From NCBI GenBank assembly GCA_020137815.1, contig CM035357.1, positions 7,502,001 to 7,566,000 of the forward strand: DNA of 64,000 nucleotides, in the 5' to 3' direction. The position numbers and the translations under genes are program-made. This DNA is from Hormiphora californensis (taxonomy: Eukaryota > Animalia > Ctenophora). Below the pieces are notes generated by a model, which did not search any database, had not been told where the DNA came from, and saw only the letters and a list, made by a program, of their open reading frames with translations. Below are positions 47,433 through 63,142 of the stretch, in pieces; positions within the stretch are counted from its first letter, which is position 1, and the number at the start of each line of letters is the position of its first letter.

Positions 47433-48469
47433 ATGAAGGCGAGCTAGAGACTTGTAGCGCCTTGAAATGAAAGGTATCATACTCTGGACTTATCTGTCAG
47501 TGCGATGCCTGACCACTCTCATACTCTGTATTGAACTTCTGATTTCTGTGGCAGAACGAATGAAATTTTTATGATTTTACACCTTTATCACATTATATTT
47601 CTTAAAAACCCTTTATGAACTGAGTTTTAGGTCTCATGTGGTCACCCATATGGCCACTAAAATGCAATTAAACCGAACATACATAGTTATATTTCTCAGC
47701 TAATATTTCTTTCTCTTCCCATTCTCGGCTAGCACTGCAGCTGTGGTTAATTTTGACCGGGAAGTAAAGGTATCCCTCACATATTGTGATTTGATCCTCA
47801 TTTGGAATTTGAGGGATGGAATTTTCGTACATATCATACATAGTCCTTTGTATTATGTAAACCCGCTTGATTACACTATATTAGCCTTGGTAAATAGGTA
47901 CACGCAATGCTCTCAAATCTCACAGGAGCTGAAGTCTCGTCTCTATTATAAGTTGGAGATGAACTTCAAGAAGTGGCCGACAGACTGCTGTAAAGCTGTT
48001 GCTCACACTTTTGGAACTTCCAGTGGAAGTTTTTTTTTTTTTTTTTTCGTATCTTCTCCGCATCCATAGTTTTGCAAGGAGTTAACCTTTGTTTCTGTAT
48101 CTCAAGGGCTGCCTTACAAAACATGAATTCACCGCGCCCCATCTTGCCCTCTGTCTTTTCGACACGAACGCTGCACAGCCCTGCTCTCTCCGTCACATGA
48201 GTATAGACTGCTAATTGAATATCAACATTGATGGTTGCTCTTCAATCAAGAGTCGCACGAGAGAGCAGCGTGGTTGTACAGCTAGACAACATGGTTTGGG
48301 ATGGCATTAGTTCCGACGGCACAACCTTATACAGCGCTTGGCCAGCGCGGGGTGAACCTGCCAGGGCCGTCCCGACCACTCTCTTTTTTCAGAAAGAGCC
48401 TAAAATTTACGAGCTACAATTGGTAATTTGGGTCGGGACTGCACCCTAGCAAGTGTAGTTGATAGAAGT

Positions 48470-48528
<59 letters not shown>

Positions 48529-48705
48529 GAGAGAGAGAGAGAGAAAGAGGGAGAACGGATAAAATCAGTGGAAGTTTGTTAATATTTTCGAATGACGTTT
48601 AACATGCCAGTCCCCAAAATTACCACTCCAGTTGCCATGACAACCCAATGGGTGCGCTAGTCATATATGTAGCAATAAAATTTGTATGGGGTGCAGCTGT
48701 ATAGT

Positions 48706-50109
48706 CGGGGGGGGGGGGGATCAACATTTAACTGCGTGACACTCATGCCAGTTAGGGTGGGTGGGTGTACGAGGGGTCCGGCAGTTATTATTATAAGTTG
48801 TACACTTAACTGGCTAAAAATAGGGGGTCTAGGGGTGTTTAAATTTAAATTTAAATAACTGCTCTAAATGGCCGATTTTTTGAAGTTTTCAACCCCCTTT
48901 TTCACGCGCTCGTTATTTTTTGCGCGCCTATCACATGTGTGTGGCGAATATTTTTTACGCATGCCACTCTAAGTGTCTCATACTAACCAATTCGGAATTC
49001 GGATCCGTTACCTAAACTGGTCTGTATTGTTCTTAGTTGATGGCAGTTGATTTTAGACACAATATATATGACTGGTATCGCCCTGCTGCTGTGCGCGGGC
49101 ATATCAACTAACTACTATTAGATAGTAGTGGTGCTAAAGCTGAAGTCTAAAGGATTGTTTCTATTCGGTTTGAGTACTATATAAGTGATTGTGAAACAGT
49201 AGTATTGAGTACTTATGTGCCTCGCCCGGCTAATCTAGTGAATCTCCTTGCTGTACAGCTTGTTAAACAAGGAAGTGAAACTAGAGGGTTCTGTACAGAG
49301 TTTCTCTTTACTATTCACATCATTTACATTCTAAAAATATGATGACTGGTATCGCCCTGCTGCTGTGCGCGGGCATATCAACTAACTACTATTAGATAGT
49401 AGTGGTACTAAAGCTGAAGTCTAAAGGATTGTTTCTATTCGGTTTGAGTACTATATAAGTGATTGTGAAACAGTAGTATTGAGTACTTATGTGCCTCGCC
49501 CGGCTAATCTAGTGAATCTCCTTGCTGTACAGCTTGTTAAACAAGGAAGTGAAACTAGAGGGTTCTGTACAGAGTTTCTCTTTACTATTCACATCATTTA
49601 CATTCTAAAAATATGATGACTGGTATCGCCCTGCTGCTGTGCGCGGGCATATCAACTAACTACTATTAGATAGTAGTGGTACTAAAGCTGAAGTCTAAAG
49701 GATTGTTTCTATTCGGTTTGAGTACTATATAAGTGATTGTGAAACAGTAGTATTGAGTACTTATGTGCCTCGCCCGGCTAATCTAGTGAATCTCCTTGCT
49801 GTACAGCTTGTTAAACAAGGAAGTGAAACTAGAGGGTTCTGTACAGAGTTTCTCTTTACTATTCACATCATTTACATTCTAAAAATATAAGTCTCTCCGT
49901 GTCTTTCGTGCTATTTTTAGCTCCCTTTTAGCTAGATTTGGGGGGTGGGTCTACATTTTCAGATGTGCAGTGGCGGCAGTTAAATGTGGGACTTAAGTGC
50001 AAAATATGTGGGGGGTGGTGGGTGTCAAAAATTTTTTGAAAATTTGGCAGTTATCGGCATGAGTGTCATGCAGTTAAGTGTTGATCCCCCCCCCCCCCCC
50101 CCCCCCCCG
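48706..50109. mobile_element. Inverted-repeat element with poly-G/poly-C ends
   Basis: c(g)n-atcaacatttaactgcgtgacactcatgcc mirrored by ggcatgagtgtcatgcagttaagtgttgat-(c)n g. Confidence 0.7.
49068..49888. repeat. 274-bp tandem repeat, 3 copies
   Basis: Units start at 49068, 49342 and 49616 and are near-identical. Confidence 0.95.
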
Positions 50110-50533
50110 GTATAGTCACTATACCGTGTACTATCATCGTGTCGTCATAACATGATGATCTCTCTACAATATAGTGAAGGAAGAGAGAATTAAAAAAGTG
50201 AGGATGTTAGGTGCAGTGATCTCTGCAGTAGTATGACCTCACAACTTGCTGCAACAGATTCAATTGCTGCATGTCTACTGACAGATCACAGTGGAAAATG
50301 TGGGCGAGGGTGTTGCCTCTAAGATACCCCTCATTTTAGGATCCTCTATAACAATGATCCTCTGCAATGATTTTTTGATCGCATGGGGTTCTGATCCTCG
50401 AGGTAGGTTCAATTGAGCGTACGCCGCATCCATTTTGAAACAGTTTTCAAAACATTGCACGGTCACGTGATCATCACGTGACAAGTGACGTCATCTTCAG
50501 CATGCACTTGCGAGTAGCCGCCGGTGAGAGAGA

Positions 50534-50570
<37 letters not shown>

Positions 50571-50702
50571 GGGACATGATTCTAACATGAGTGCAATTAC
50601 CTCAAACAGATGCCGCTCAAGGGACTGGCCACGTGATGTTTAGGAGACTATCTGGTTGGACGATGTTTCAGATGACAAGCTTCACGATTGGATCCCATCC
50701 GC

Positions 50703-50795
<93 letters not shown>

Positions 50796-51029
50796 TCTCT
50801 CCCTCCCTCTACATCTTTCTCCATCCGTCTCTCCCTCTTTTTCTATCTCTCCCCCTCTTTCTCCATCCATATCTTTCTATCTCTTTCTCTCCTCCTCTCT
50901 CTCTCTCTCACTCTTTCTCCATCTATCTCTCTCTATTTCTCTCTGCTTGCACCTCTATTCATAGCAAGCTCCAACAGCTGAAAGACAGAGAGAAGAGAAA
51001 AGAGGAATGAAAGACTTAGTAAGAAAGAT

Positions 51030-51083
<54 letters not shown>

Positions 51084-51267
51084 CTCTCCCCCTCTCTCTC
51101 CCTCAGCGTGCTTGTCGTGTATGTTTTGTGTACAAGTAGTAGTGGTGTACCCCCGAGGAGACAGTGATCATGCTAAGCCTGCTTCCTCCCACTTTTGACC
51201 GCAAAAACCGCCCTGCTGCTGCTGCTGCTACGCTCCATTGATCATATAACAAGGTATATATGCTAGA

Positions 51268-51329
<62 letters not shown>

Positions 51330-51993
51330 CATTCCTAAATAGTGAGCATATCTTTGTATGACTAAGATCCGCCGCCCAGTGGCTTTTTATAGCGAATGGG
51401 CGAATCCCATTCGCAGCGAGAAATTTGACTGACAGCAGAAAAATAGAGAGAAAAATCCCTGTTTTGCTTGCTAATGCTGCTCTCACACCTCATTAGTGCT
51501 CTTATGTGATCGTTACATGTTTAGAGAGCCACAATTGCTAGAAACGGGCGCAGATTTCGATTAGAGATCCCAATTGTTAGCAGTTATTCCCGCCGCGCCA
51601 GCGGAATTACAGCGGAATGGGAGAAGAACGAGAGCAGAACGACTGCTGCCACAGCAGCAGCGACAGCGGAATGGGATCTAATCGAGTTCTGTGACATGCG
51701 ATTCGCAGCGAGATTTTTCTAAAAAGCCACTGGGATCCGCCGACTCACAATTTAACATTTTGTCTTATGTCGCCCATGCTGAGTAAAAAAGCGGAAGATG
51801 GTCAAGGCTCATTGGGTCCGCGTTGATGGCGCTGATGTTGAGTGTTATAGTGTTTCTGTTTAAAGTGTTCTGTTGAATAGTTTCTTCAGTCAAGCAGACT
51901 GTAGATCAGTTGTGCTTATGTATATTCCGGTTGATGTTTTAGAAACTATTCATTGTATTGCTCTGACAACCTCAAACTTCCCAGTTTGGTATA

Positions 51994-52766
51994 ATGACGT
52001 TCAAAAGCCAGGCCCGACCGGGACTTCTCGGGCGGCGTCCCTCGACCCAAAATAATCTTCTCCGCACCCTGATACCTCCCCCAGTTCCCCATCCCGCTGA
52101 TCGGGGAGGGGGAGGATTCTGCGGGATGGTCATCACTCAACTCCAAACTCCATCCCTCAAACCGATAACCAAGCCACGAACTGCACCCATTCGGTATCCA
52201 AAACTGAAACCAAAGAGCAAACCAAGGGCAGTTCGACAGCTGAAGAGACCCCCGACTCCCCCAGTAGGTGCAGGAGATGTTTTAACTTCCAAGGAGTTAG
52301 TTTTTTAAGTTGTTTCTTTCAGTATTTGTCTAGTAATCTTCCAGCTTGGCAATGAAATTACCCTCCATTGCGAGCTCCCGGAGCGTAATAAGAGTGACTT
52401 CGTTACCAATCTTCCAGCCTTATGCCCCTTTTTCACCCCTCTGAACCCACCCCTCTGAACCCTCCTTCCGTCCCTTTGACCCCTCATCTTCCCCCTGCCC
52501 CTCTTCCCCCTGCCCCTCGTCCCCCACCCCTACCACAGGTTCTGTTACCGTGTCAGCTTGTTACCAGGAACCAGAATCAGAAGTGCCTGATGAAGCGTGT
52601 CGGGCATGCCTCATGATCCTCGAGTATGGGCTGTCCGAGAGCGATGCTGATAGCTTGCAGCCCTGTTTCGATGGGCACAGTGATCAGAAGGATGAGGAGG
52701 ATGATTATAGGGACGAGCTGGTCATGGAGACTGTTACACCCATGATGAATCTAGACGGGTATGAAG
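51994..52766 (+). pseudogene. Two-exon fragment of an unidentified gene (Pro/Lys-rich exon, then Cys/acidic exon)
   Basis: ORF from 51994 with a possible phase-1 donor at ~52267; pyrimidine-rich acceptor at 52538; donor GAAG|gtaaga at 52766; no downstream exon found. Confidence 0.35.
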
Positions 52767-53131
52767 GTAAGACTGTTACACCCATGATGAATCTAGACGG
52801 GTATGAAGGTAAGACTGTTACACCCATGATGAATCTAGACGGGTATGAAGGTAAGACTGTTACACCCATGATGAATCTAGACGGGGATGAAGGTAAGACT
52901 GTTACACCCATGATGAATCTAGACGGGTATGAAGGTAAGACTGTTACACCCATGATGAATCTAGACGGGTATGACGGTAAGACTGTTACACCCATGATGA
53001 ATCTAGACGGGGATGAAGGTAAGACTGTTACACCCATGATGAATCTAGACGGGTATGAAGGTAAGACTGTTACACCCATGATGAATCTAGACAGGTATGA
53101 AGGTAAGACTGTTACACCCATGATGAATCTA
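52729..53131 (+). repeat. 42-bp minisatellite, about 9.5 copies, containing a consensus splice donor
   Basis: agactgttacacccatgatgaatctagacgggtatgaag|gta repeated. Confidence 0.95.
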
Positions 53132-53161
53132 CTTCTAGTTCCCGTCCTTCTATCTGACCTA

Positions 53162-55564
<2,403 letters not shown>

Positions 55565-55566
55565 TA

Positions 55567-56165
55567 TATTTTCAACTTTATTATTATAAATGATAAAATC
55601 ATCTCCTGTTTCTACCTCTACCTTTCTTTTCTTGTCTTCTCGAATATGGTTTGCATGGTCTGCAATTGCAATGAATTCTTCTTTAAAACTTCTTGTCTGG
55701 CTCTTCCGGTCTTTCAATTGATCTAGGTGATTTAGCAGGTGTATTACCAAGTTGGTACACCTGGATGCGAATGTTGGTAATACCAACATTCGCATCCATT
55801 AACTGCAAGCTTTCCATATTCTCCTCCATCGTTTTTTGACGTGTGCTACTATTATCACTCCTTATTATTTTGAGTTGTTCCGCAGATAGTTCTTTGTATA
55901 ACTGCGACAGAAGTTTGTATTTGTCAGTCATATATTTGTACTGCTTATTTAGATGGTTCATATTATGCTCAATCAACTTTTCACACTGATGACACACCTT
56001 ACTTTTTGATGGCACAAAGTTACACGTAACTCTCAGATTTTCCACTTGATATTGGTTGTATTCCATTTCCGGTTGATATAGATCTTTTTCCATTTTCGTA
56101 ACATGATCCCCTGAACTACGTCTCTTCTCCTTTCCTCTTGAATCAGGTTGCCTTTTATAATCCAT
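55567..56165 (-). pseudogene. Intronless coiled-coil/CxxC ORF, frameshifted and cut by the TIR element
   Basis: Overlapping ORFs 55683-56165 and 55535-55795 in different frames; CHQC followed by a heptad-rich region. Confidence 0.35.
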
Positions 56166-56325
56166 CGCTTTTAAAAGGTTTTTGTGTTAGTATTTACAAC
56201 TTTTAGGCACGTTTCTGCTTCAGAGTTCTACTTATAATTTTGTAATCATATCATTCTCCCTTTTTCTAGAATAATTTACATGTCCTATTAGACTTATCTG
56301 CTTTCTTTATTCAGCTCTCTCTCTG

Positions 56326-56424
<99 letters not shown>

Positions 56425-56646
56425 TGAAATAATACCATCTCTATGCTTAATATTTACACCACAATTACCGTCATCTCTCATCATACTCGCCCTTAATGAG
56501 CAGCTTCAATTAGTTTACAATTACAATACCCAAGCCACGTGAGCATTTCCTGCCTAACTATGCCTTTCATTCGCCAACACATCTCATTTAGCTCACTAAA
56601 TGCTGGGAAAATGAACATATATGAGAGCAATCGTGCCTTGAGGTAA

Positions 56647-57421
56647 CACAGTTGCCACTACACGTTATCCCTTCCGCTTGAAATTATTGAGATGATCCTC
56701 CTATTTTTAAACGGGGGTTCGCTATTGGTTGTCAGCCAAGTCAATCATCGTCTGAGGGAGTTTATTCTTGGAGACAGGACTTGTCTGGCAAAAAGATGCG
56801 GCCTAAGGATTTCACGGACAGCATGGTTACAGTTAAAGGGGGTTTCTACCATCGATGACTTTCGTTCTCTTGAGGCCCTACTTCAGTACTTCAGGGTGAC
56901 GCTGCTGCTGATACCATGGATGGTGGCCCCTTGAGTGTGACGAATCACACTTCCTTGCAGATTGTATATGAAGGATCGCACACATCGAAAAATGGGACTG
57001 CCAGGAGTGTGGCCAGTTTAAAGACTGCGTGGGGATGATTTGCCGGGATTGTCAAAGAGAAAGAACTACAGCCCTGACGCCAGTAATAACATCGAGGCGC
57101 TGGGGGATGTATCTCACTGGACTCTGGGCGATGTTCACGAATAAAATAAATAGGAAACTGCTAATAAGATTAGGAGTCTCACTAGGTTTAAACCATCAAG
57201 AGGTGACCAAGTGGAGTCACCATACTAGGTATTACATGAAGAGAGAGAAATATGAGGAGAACCCTGAGCAGATACAATTGCACCAGGAATACATAAAATT
57301 ACATAATAAAGAAAAATTAAAACGCATTGTTCGACCTAAGAAATGTAGACAATGTATATATATGAGCATTAATTCTACCACGTGTGAAACGGAAAGAGTT
57401 GTGTGTAACTTGAATGAGTGA
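56647..57421 (+). pseudogene. Degenerate intronless F-box-like gene
   Basis: TLSLPLEIIEMILLFLNGGSLLVVSQVNHRLREFI is F-box-like; downstream CxxC pairs (CQEC, CRDC, CRQC) lie in another frame; no in-frame start. Confidence 0.45.
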
Positions 57422-59774
57422 ATGACCAATTTCTTGTATTTGATGTTTCAAATATGTTGGAGAATCCGAAAATATTAAATTTTCAACTATAGCTCAAAAC
57501 GATTTTGTGTGTGTTATTTAAGTAAATTGACTATAAAATGTTATTCAACCTATTGATTTATTTTAAGCTTTGCATTTCCATAAATTGAACCACTTGTCAT
57601 TTGTTTACTACTATAAAAGGGCCAATATTGCTTTCACTGCTGCCTATGTGATGAGATCTCTAATTTCAACTTCTACCCTTTCAGGAACACACAGTCTTTC
57701 TCGGGATTTGCATCATCCTCTGGTCCTCTCTTAAAGATCTGTATCATTCTCTAACCAATGCTTGGGAATTTCGAATTGACTGGATATAAGGTGTTGTCGC
57801 CCAGAATCAAGTCCATCTTTCCGTGGCTCGCAGCCAGAAAGTCTTTGTGCCAAAATCAACACCCTTTACCGTACCTCCTGTGCCCTGATGAGGATCAATG
57901 ATTGAGAAGGTGACAACCAGATCTCGTTCTATGCATACTTTGTCAGGCTAATGCTCTGACAGTGTCTATACTGCAAACTGTATTGACTCTCTTCATGTGT
58001 TATTAACCAGAACCGGATCTCCTTCATCTTGAACCTCATACTTCCTGGTACTGGGTTTACTATCGCTATCCATAAATTGCCTTGAGCCTCCCCTTCTATA
58101 GAAGATTTGCCAGGGGCAGTCGTCGGAAGAATGCAATGGGACTCTTCAGTAGCGAAGGCTGTAGAGGCCAGGTAATGCTAGTTTCTTTCCCACAAAACAG
58201 TCTTTGATCGATATCACGGCCATAATAGTAAATAGATGAACTCCATCCTTGCACTTGAAGAAGTTGTCAAAGTCACATGCGTTGCCCATCTCCGTTCTTC
58301 ACCTCTTCTCGAAAACCTTCGACTTAGCGCCACCAAGATTCTAAATGCAAGCGTTGTTATTCTGGCTTTGAAATTATGCTGAAGGATGAAACTTCCTGGA
58401 CCAGCTTTTAAGAATTCAGAGTGGCCCTGTAGTAATGAGTGGGTGCCGATGTACATAGATTTAAGTATACCCAAGGGGTGAATTTCTAAAAAATATCCTA
58501 AACACTAAACTATCCTATCAAATTTACTGAAAGTATCCTGTGCATATTGAATTTTCTCACACTGTAAAGATATTATATGCCCTTTTATTTATTACTAACT
58601 GGTACTCTATCAATGTCAACAATCAACATATCTGTTTTTGGCACAACCTTTATTAGGATATTTAAAATCAATTTTTCAGTGATTTACTGTAAGCCACAAT
58701 TTTTTGTTATTCAAGAATTTTCAGACTCAAAGTTTATTACTATTCCAGATTCCAGACTCAAAGTTCATTACTATGACAAATTTCAAATCCAAATGTCATT
58801 ACTATTTCAACTTTCGATCGAGCAAATAAGCACTGATTTTGACTGATTACTAATTATGTGGTAAAGAAAAGTTCCAACACCGAAGCCACCATGTTGCAAT
58901 GCTAGGTTTTACGGGGTTAAGCGGGGTTTTAACGGTTAGCATTGGCTCACTACAGTCACAAAGACAATAGCGGTGTTTCCAGTTTCGTGCATGGGGAGAG
59001 GGGAGGGTATCTACTATCTAGACACACATATCTCTAGGCTACTTCGGTTTCAACATATAGGTACTGTGAGACCCATCATGCACATATTCAAACTGCGTAC
59101 ATATTATATGTTTTTGTAGGAGCTTTCAACTCTACTTTTTTAGATCACATATGGTGACAGCGGTTTCTGGGGGGGGGGGGGATGGGGGTCAATGAAGATG
59201 AAGATTAAATTGTGATTGACAGAAGATGTGCATTACCACTTTTACAGCTCAAGAAATGAACCAAATTGAGAGCAAGGTGTTTCTATTAATCTTGTCATTT
59301 TCTTATGCTGAACAGATTTGATATAGTGTATAGGAGAAGGTGGGTTCAATCTACCTAACGACACTAGATTAGATTTAGTTCCATGTAGCTGTCTCCATCT
59401 TGTAGGATTCTAAAGAACACTGTTCAGAATCATATATGCTTTGAGTTTGTCCAAAAGGCCAATGCTCTGACCGCGGTTCTTGCACGCTTGAAAAAAATGA
59501 GAATAGGGTCACCTGCCAATGCTCTAACAGTCCTGAACTTAACGGGTCGATGGTAGAGCTGCAAATTCGAGTTGTTCATAGTGGCACTACATGCCAGGCG
59601 GCTCAACTGCCAATGACTGGAAAGGTCTTTTGTGATCTAGTATGATGACGTAACTCGCAGCTGTAAAAGCGATAGTGTGTTACGGAATCTTCTGCTGCCA
59701 AAGCTGAGGGAAGATCATGAAATACCCCCTGGGAGGGAGTATAGAGAGACACAAAAAGATAGAGAGAGATAGTG

Positions 59775-59812
<38 letters not shown>

Positions 59813-61003
59813 ATAGTGAGAGAGATAGTGAGAGAGAATCGGTTGTTCGTTGCAGTGTGTCTGATGGTTCAAAATGAGCAGCACTGTGCAGCTTGTCCGA
59901 TTTGTAGCCATACTGACAAGCTCTGTTATACTTATCCTCCTCGAGCAACTCCACATTTCTGATCTTTAATATTGATTTTTAGCAGAATTTTTACATGTCC
60001 CTTGTTGAAAATAACTCATGGGGGTCAGTGATCCGGGCATTTCTACCGTCTACAGCTGCACTCAGGTTGCTGCCTTCTATCACCCTACTTCCTAATATCT
60101 CAGGTTAGCAATTAAAATGACAAATTTAGACTCTGTATTACTATAGATCTGGTCTGTTCAGTGTTCACCATGTCCCCCAAAACAGAAATTAAGTTTCCGC
60201 GTGACAACTGGAAATGTTCCTAATATTTTTCATAGTTTTCTGATGATGAAACGATGGCAGCTTATCATTTATATTCATAGTTTTCATATCTTTGCATATT
60301 ATGCCCGATACAAATGTGGGATGGCAAGCTGTGAGATTTTTCACTGATTAAAGTATAGTCTGCTGCAGCAGTAGAGCCATTTCATATCTTTCTCTGCCTC
60401 TCTCTATCTCTCTCTTTCTCTCTCCATCCGTCTTCAACCGTTCCTCTCTCACCATCCTTCTCTCCCTGCACAATGTACAGCTTCTCTTTTTGCTTTTGTG
60501 TGTTGTATAATATATGTCTCGTCGTGGTATGTCATGCATATATAATGTGACACACACTTTGGAAGCAATTTGTTGAAATTGAAAACGCGTAAAAAACTGT
60601 TGGAGTGAGGCTTTGGTTTTCTGCACTAACTCGGTTTCCGGAGCGGACAAGATGGTGACTTTCACAGTCAGTAAGTAGAGTTCAGTTAGTAGATGCTTCT
60701 GACAAAGTTTTATATTGAAAAGTAACAGTTAAATGTACATGACGCCGCAAAGTTACCGACGGTAAGATGAAAGCTGGTGGTTCTGCGGACCCTAATTCAC
60801 ATAGGTCTCAGTAACCGAATCACAGCTACTGCTCACTGTTCAGTAATTGGAGCGTGCTCCCTTTTGGGTGATACGTCACGCTTCTAGAGAGAGAGAGGGA
60901 GAGAGAGCATACAGATAGAATTTGGGAGGACATTTGGGAGGGGTTTCTGATCTGTTCCCAGTACCCCTCTTCTGTTTATTTTTGTGTTACTACAGCTCCC
61001 AGT

Positions 61004-61928
61004 TAGGAACCGGCGATAATATCGAATCGAATCGAAAGATCGAGAGATCGGATCGGATCGAATCGAATCGAGCCCAAAGATCGAATCGAGATCGAATCGA
61101 GATTTTTTGAGCGCCCAAAGATCGAATCGAGATCGAATCGAGATTTTTGAACCCTTTAAGATCGAATCGAGATCGAATCGAAATTTTTTGAACACTCAAA
61201 GATCGAATCGAAATCGAATCGAAAGTTTTTGAACCCCAAAAGATCGAATCGAGATCGAATCGAAAGTTTTTTATCACCCAAAGATCGAATCGAGATCGAA
61301 TCGATATTTTTTGAACCCCGAAAAATCGAATCGAGATCGAATCGATATTTTTTGATCCCCCAAAGATCGAATCGAGATCGAATCGAAAAATTTTGATCGG
61401 TCACCCAAAGATCGAATTGGGATCGAGAAGAAAATATCAAGAATCTTCTGTTCCTAGCCAGTAGAAACCGGTGATATTATAGGATCGAATCGAAGGATCG
61501 AAAGATCGAATCGAATCGAGATCGAATCGAAAGTTTTTGAACGCAGAAAGATCGAATCGAGATCGAATCGATATTTTTTGATCCCCCAAAGATCGAATCG
61601 AGATCGAATCGAAATTTTTTGAAAACCGAAAGATCGAATCGAGATCGAATCGAGATTTTTCGAACCCTCAAAGATCGAATCGAGATCGAATCGAGATTTT
61701 TTGAAAACCGAAAGATCGAATCGAGATCGAATCGAAAGTTTTTGAACCCTCAAAGATCGAATCGAGATCGAATCGAAATTTTTTGAACGCTCAAAGATCG
61801 AATCGAGATCGAATCGAAAGTTTTTGAACCCCAAAAGATCGAATCGAGATCGAATCGAAAAATTTTGGTCGTCCAAAAAAAGATCGAGATCGAATCGAGA
61901 AAAAAATATCCGGTATCGCCGGTTCCTA
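61004..61928. mobile_element. hAT-like non-autonomous element filled with ~39-bp ATCGA-rich repeats
   Basis: 8-bp TSD ctcccagt (60996-61003 and 61929-61936); TIRs taggaaccggcgata / tatcgccggttccta; an internal second end at ~61460. Confidence 0.88.
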
Positions 61929-62027
61929 CTCCCAGTGCAGTTTGTGTGTCTGATGGTAGTGTATTCGGAGTGGCGAAAACGCCAAACCTTTCACGGTAAG
62001 TACCTCAGCATGGCAAAGCGTGTGATA

Positions 62028-62177
62028 CAGTCGGACCTCGATTTACCAGCCCCTCGATTTCCCAGAGCCTCGATTTACCGGGAGCATAAACTTCCTCTGG
62101 TATAGAGATCGGTATTCACCTCGATTTACTGGGCAAAACTCTACCCCCGAGCATCCCGGTAAATCGGAGTCCGACTG
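62028..62177. mobile_element. Tc1/pogo-type MITE (CAGTCGGACC family)
   Basis: TA-flanked TIRs as at 9051. Confidence 0.85.
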
Positions 62178-63087
62178 TATCTTATCTGATAATATAACTG
62201 TATCATGTGCAGATCGACTTTTTATTTGCATCACGTGATCAGAAAACAAATCGAGGCAGTCTATTTTTTGAAAGATATAACCGCCGATTGAACTTCACCG
62301 TGTCTGAGAATGTGTGGGTGTGTTTCAGAACAATGCTTGCTAGTAGGAGGGGGCTTGTTACGTATCTATTCTGGATCCTCTCCAAGAATCAGCAGTACCA
62401 GGTCCCTGTTAGTAACAGTACAGTGTTAGTACAGTGTAACAGGGACCTAGGACACCTTTAACAGTGTAACAGTAACACTACCTGTTCCTGTGTGATTCTT
62501 GTACTTTGTCAAGACTCAAGCTTTACATTCAGATATAAAATATGAGATCACCACTCACGCTCTTTATATAGGGGTAATATGTGTTACCATGGTGAATAAA
62601 TGTCTCTAGGAACTCATATTTTCAACCCTAATTCTTATCGACCTCGCACTCTCACGCTGGTTTGTTGTGTCAAGCAGATTTATCTGTCTCCATTCCTTTG
62701 ACCTATTATAATAGGACTGTATAATAGTAGCTGGATTGCTAGGTGCAAGAGTGTCCAGCAACAAGCGAGTTTCCACTTCCCTTAATCACACGTTCCGTCA
62801 ATTGCTAACTAAGAAGAGAGAATGAGAGTGTGTGAGAGAGAGAGGATGAGAAAAGAGTGAGTGAGAGAGAATGGATCAACTGCAAGCTTTTTACTGTCCA
62901 GCATGCAGCCCATTCTAGCTGTCAGATTGTCAGAACTTGGAAAAGAGAGAGGAAGAGGAAGATAACAGAGTAATGAGAGGAGAGAAAGAGAGAGTCGACA
63001 ATAATTCCGCCCTTGGCCCTTCAAGTACGCTTGTCCAGTGATTCACTCCATTTATCCGTTCCTTTTCTCTCTCTTTCTCGGCCTCTT

Positions 63088-63142
<55 letters not shown>

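Noticed and set aside
49068-49888. Hammerhead retrozyme array
   Set aside because: No CTGANGA...GAAA core found on either strand
50275-50484. J-domain-like start (AYAQLNLPRGS...IKKS)
   Set aside because: No HPD motif; short and unsupported
57680-60700. Coding-looking minus-strand fragments
   Set aside because: Multiple stops and no recognisable motif; possibly decayed TE or gene, not assignable
60884-61876. ORFs with SIRSRFDL/FDLDSIF repeats
   Set aside because: Translations of the ATCGA repeat array
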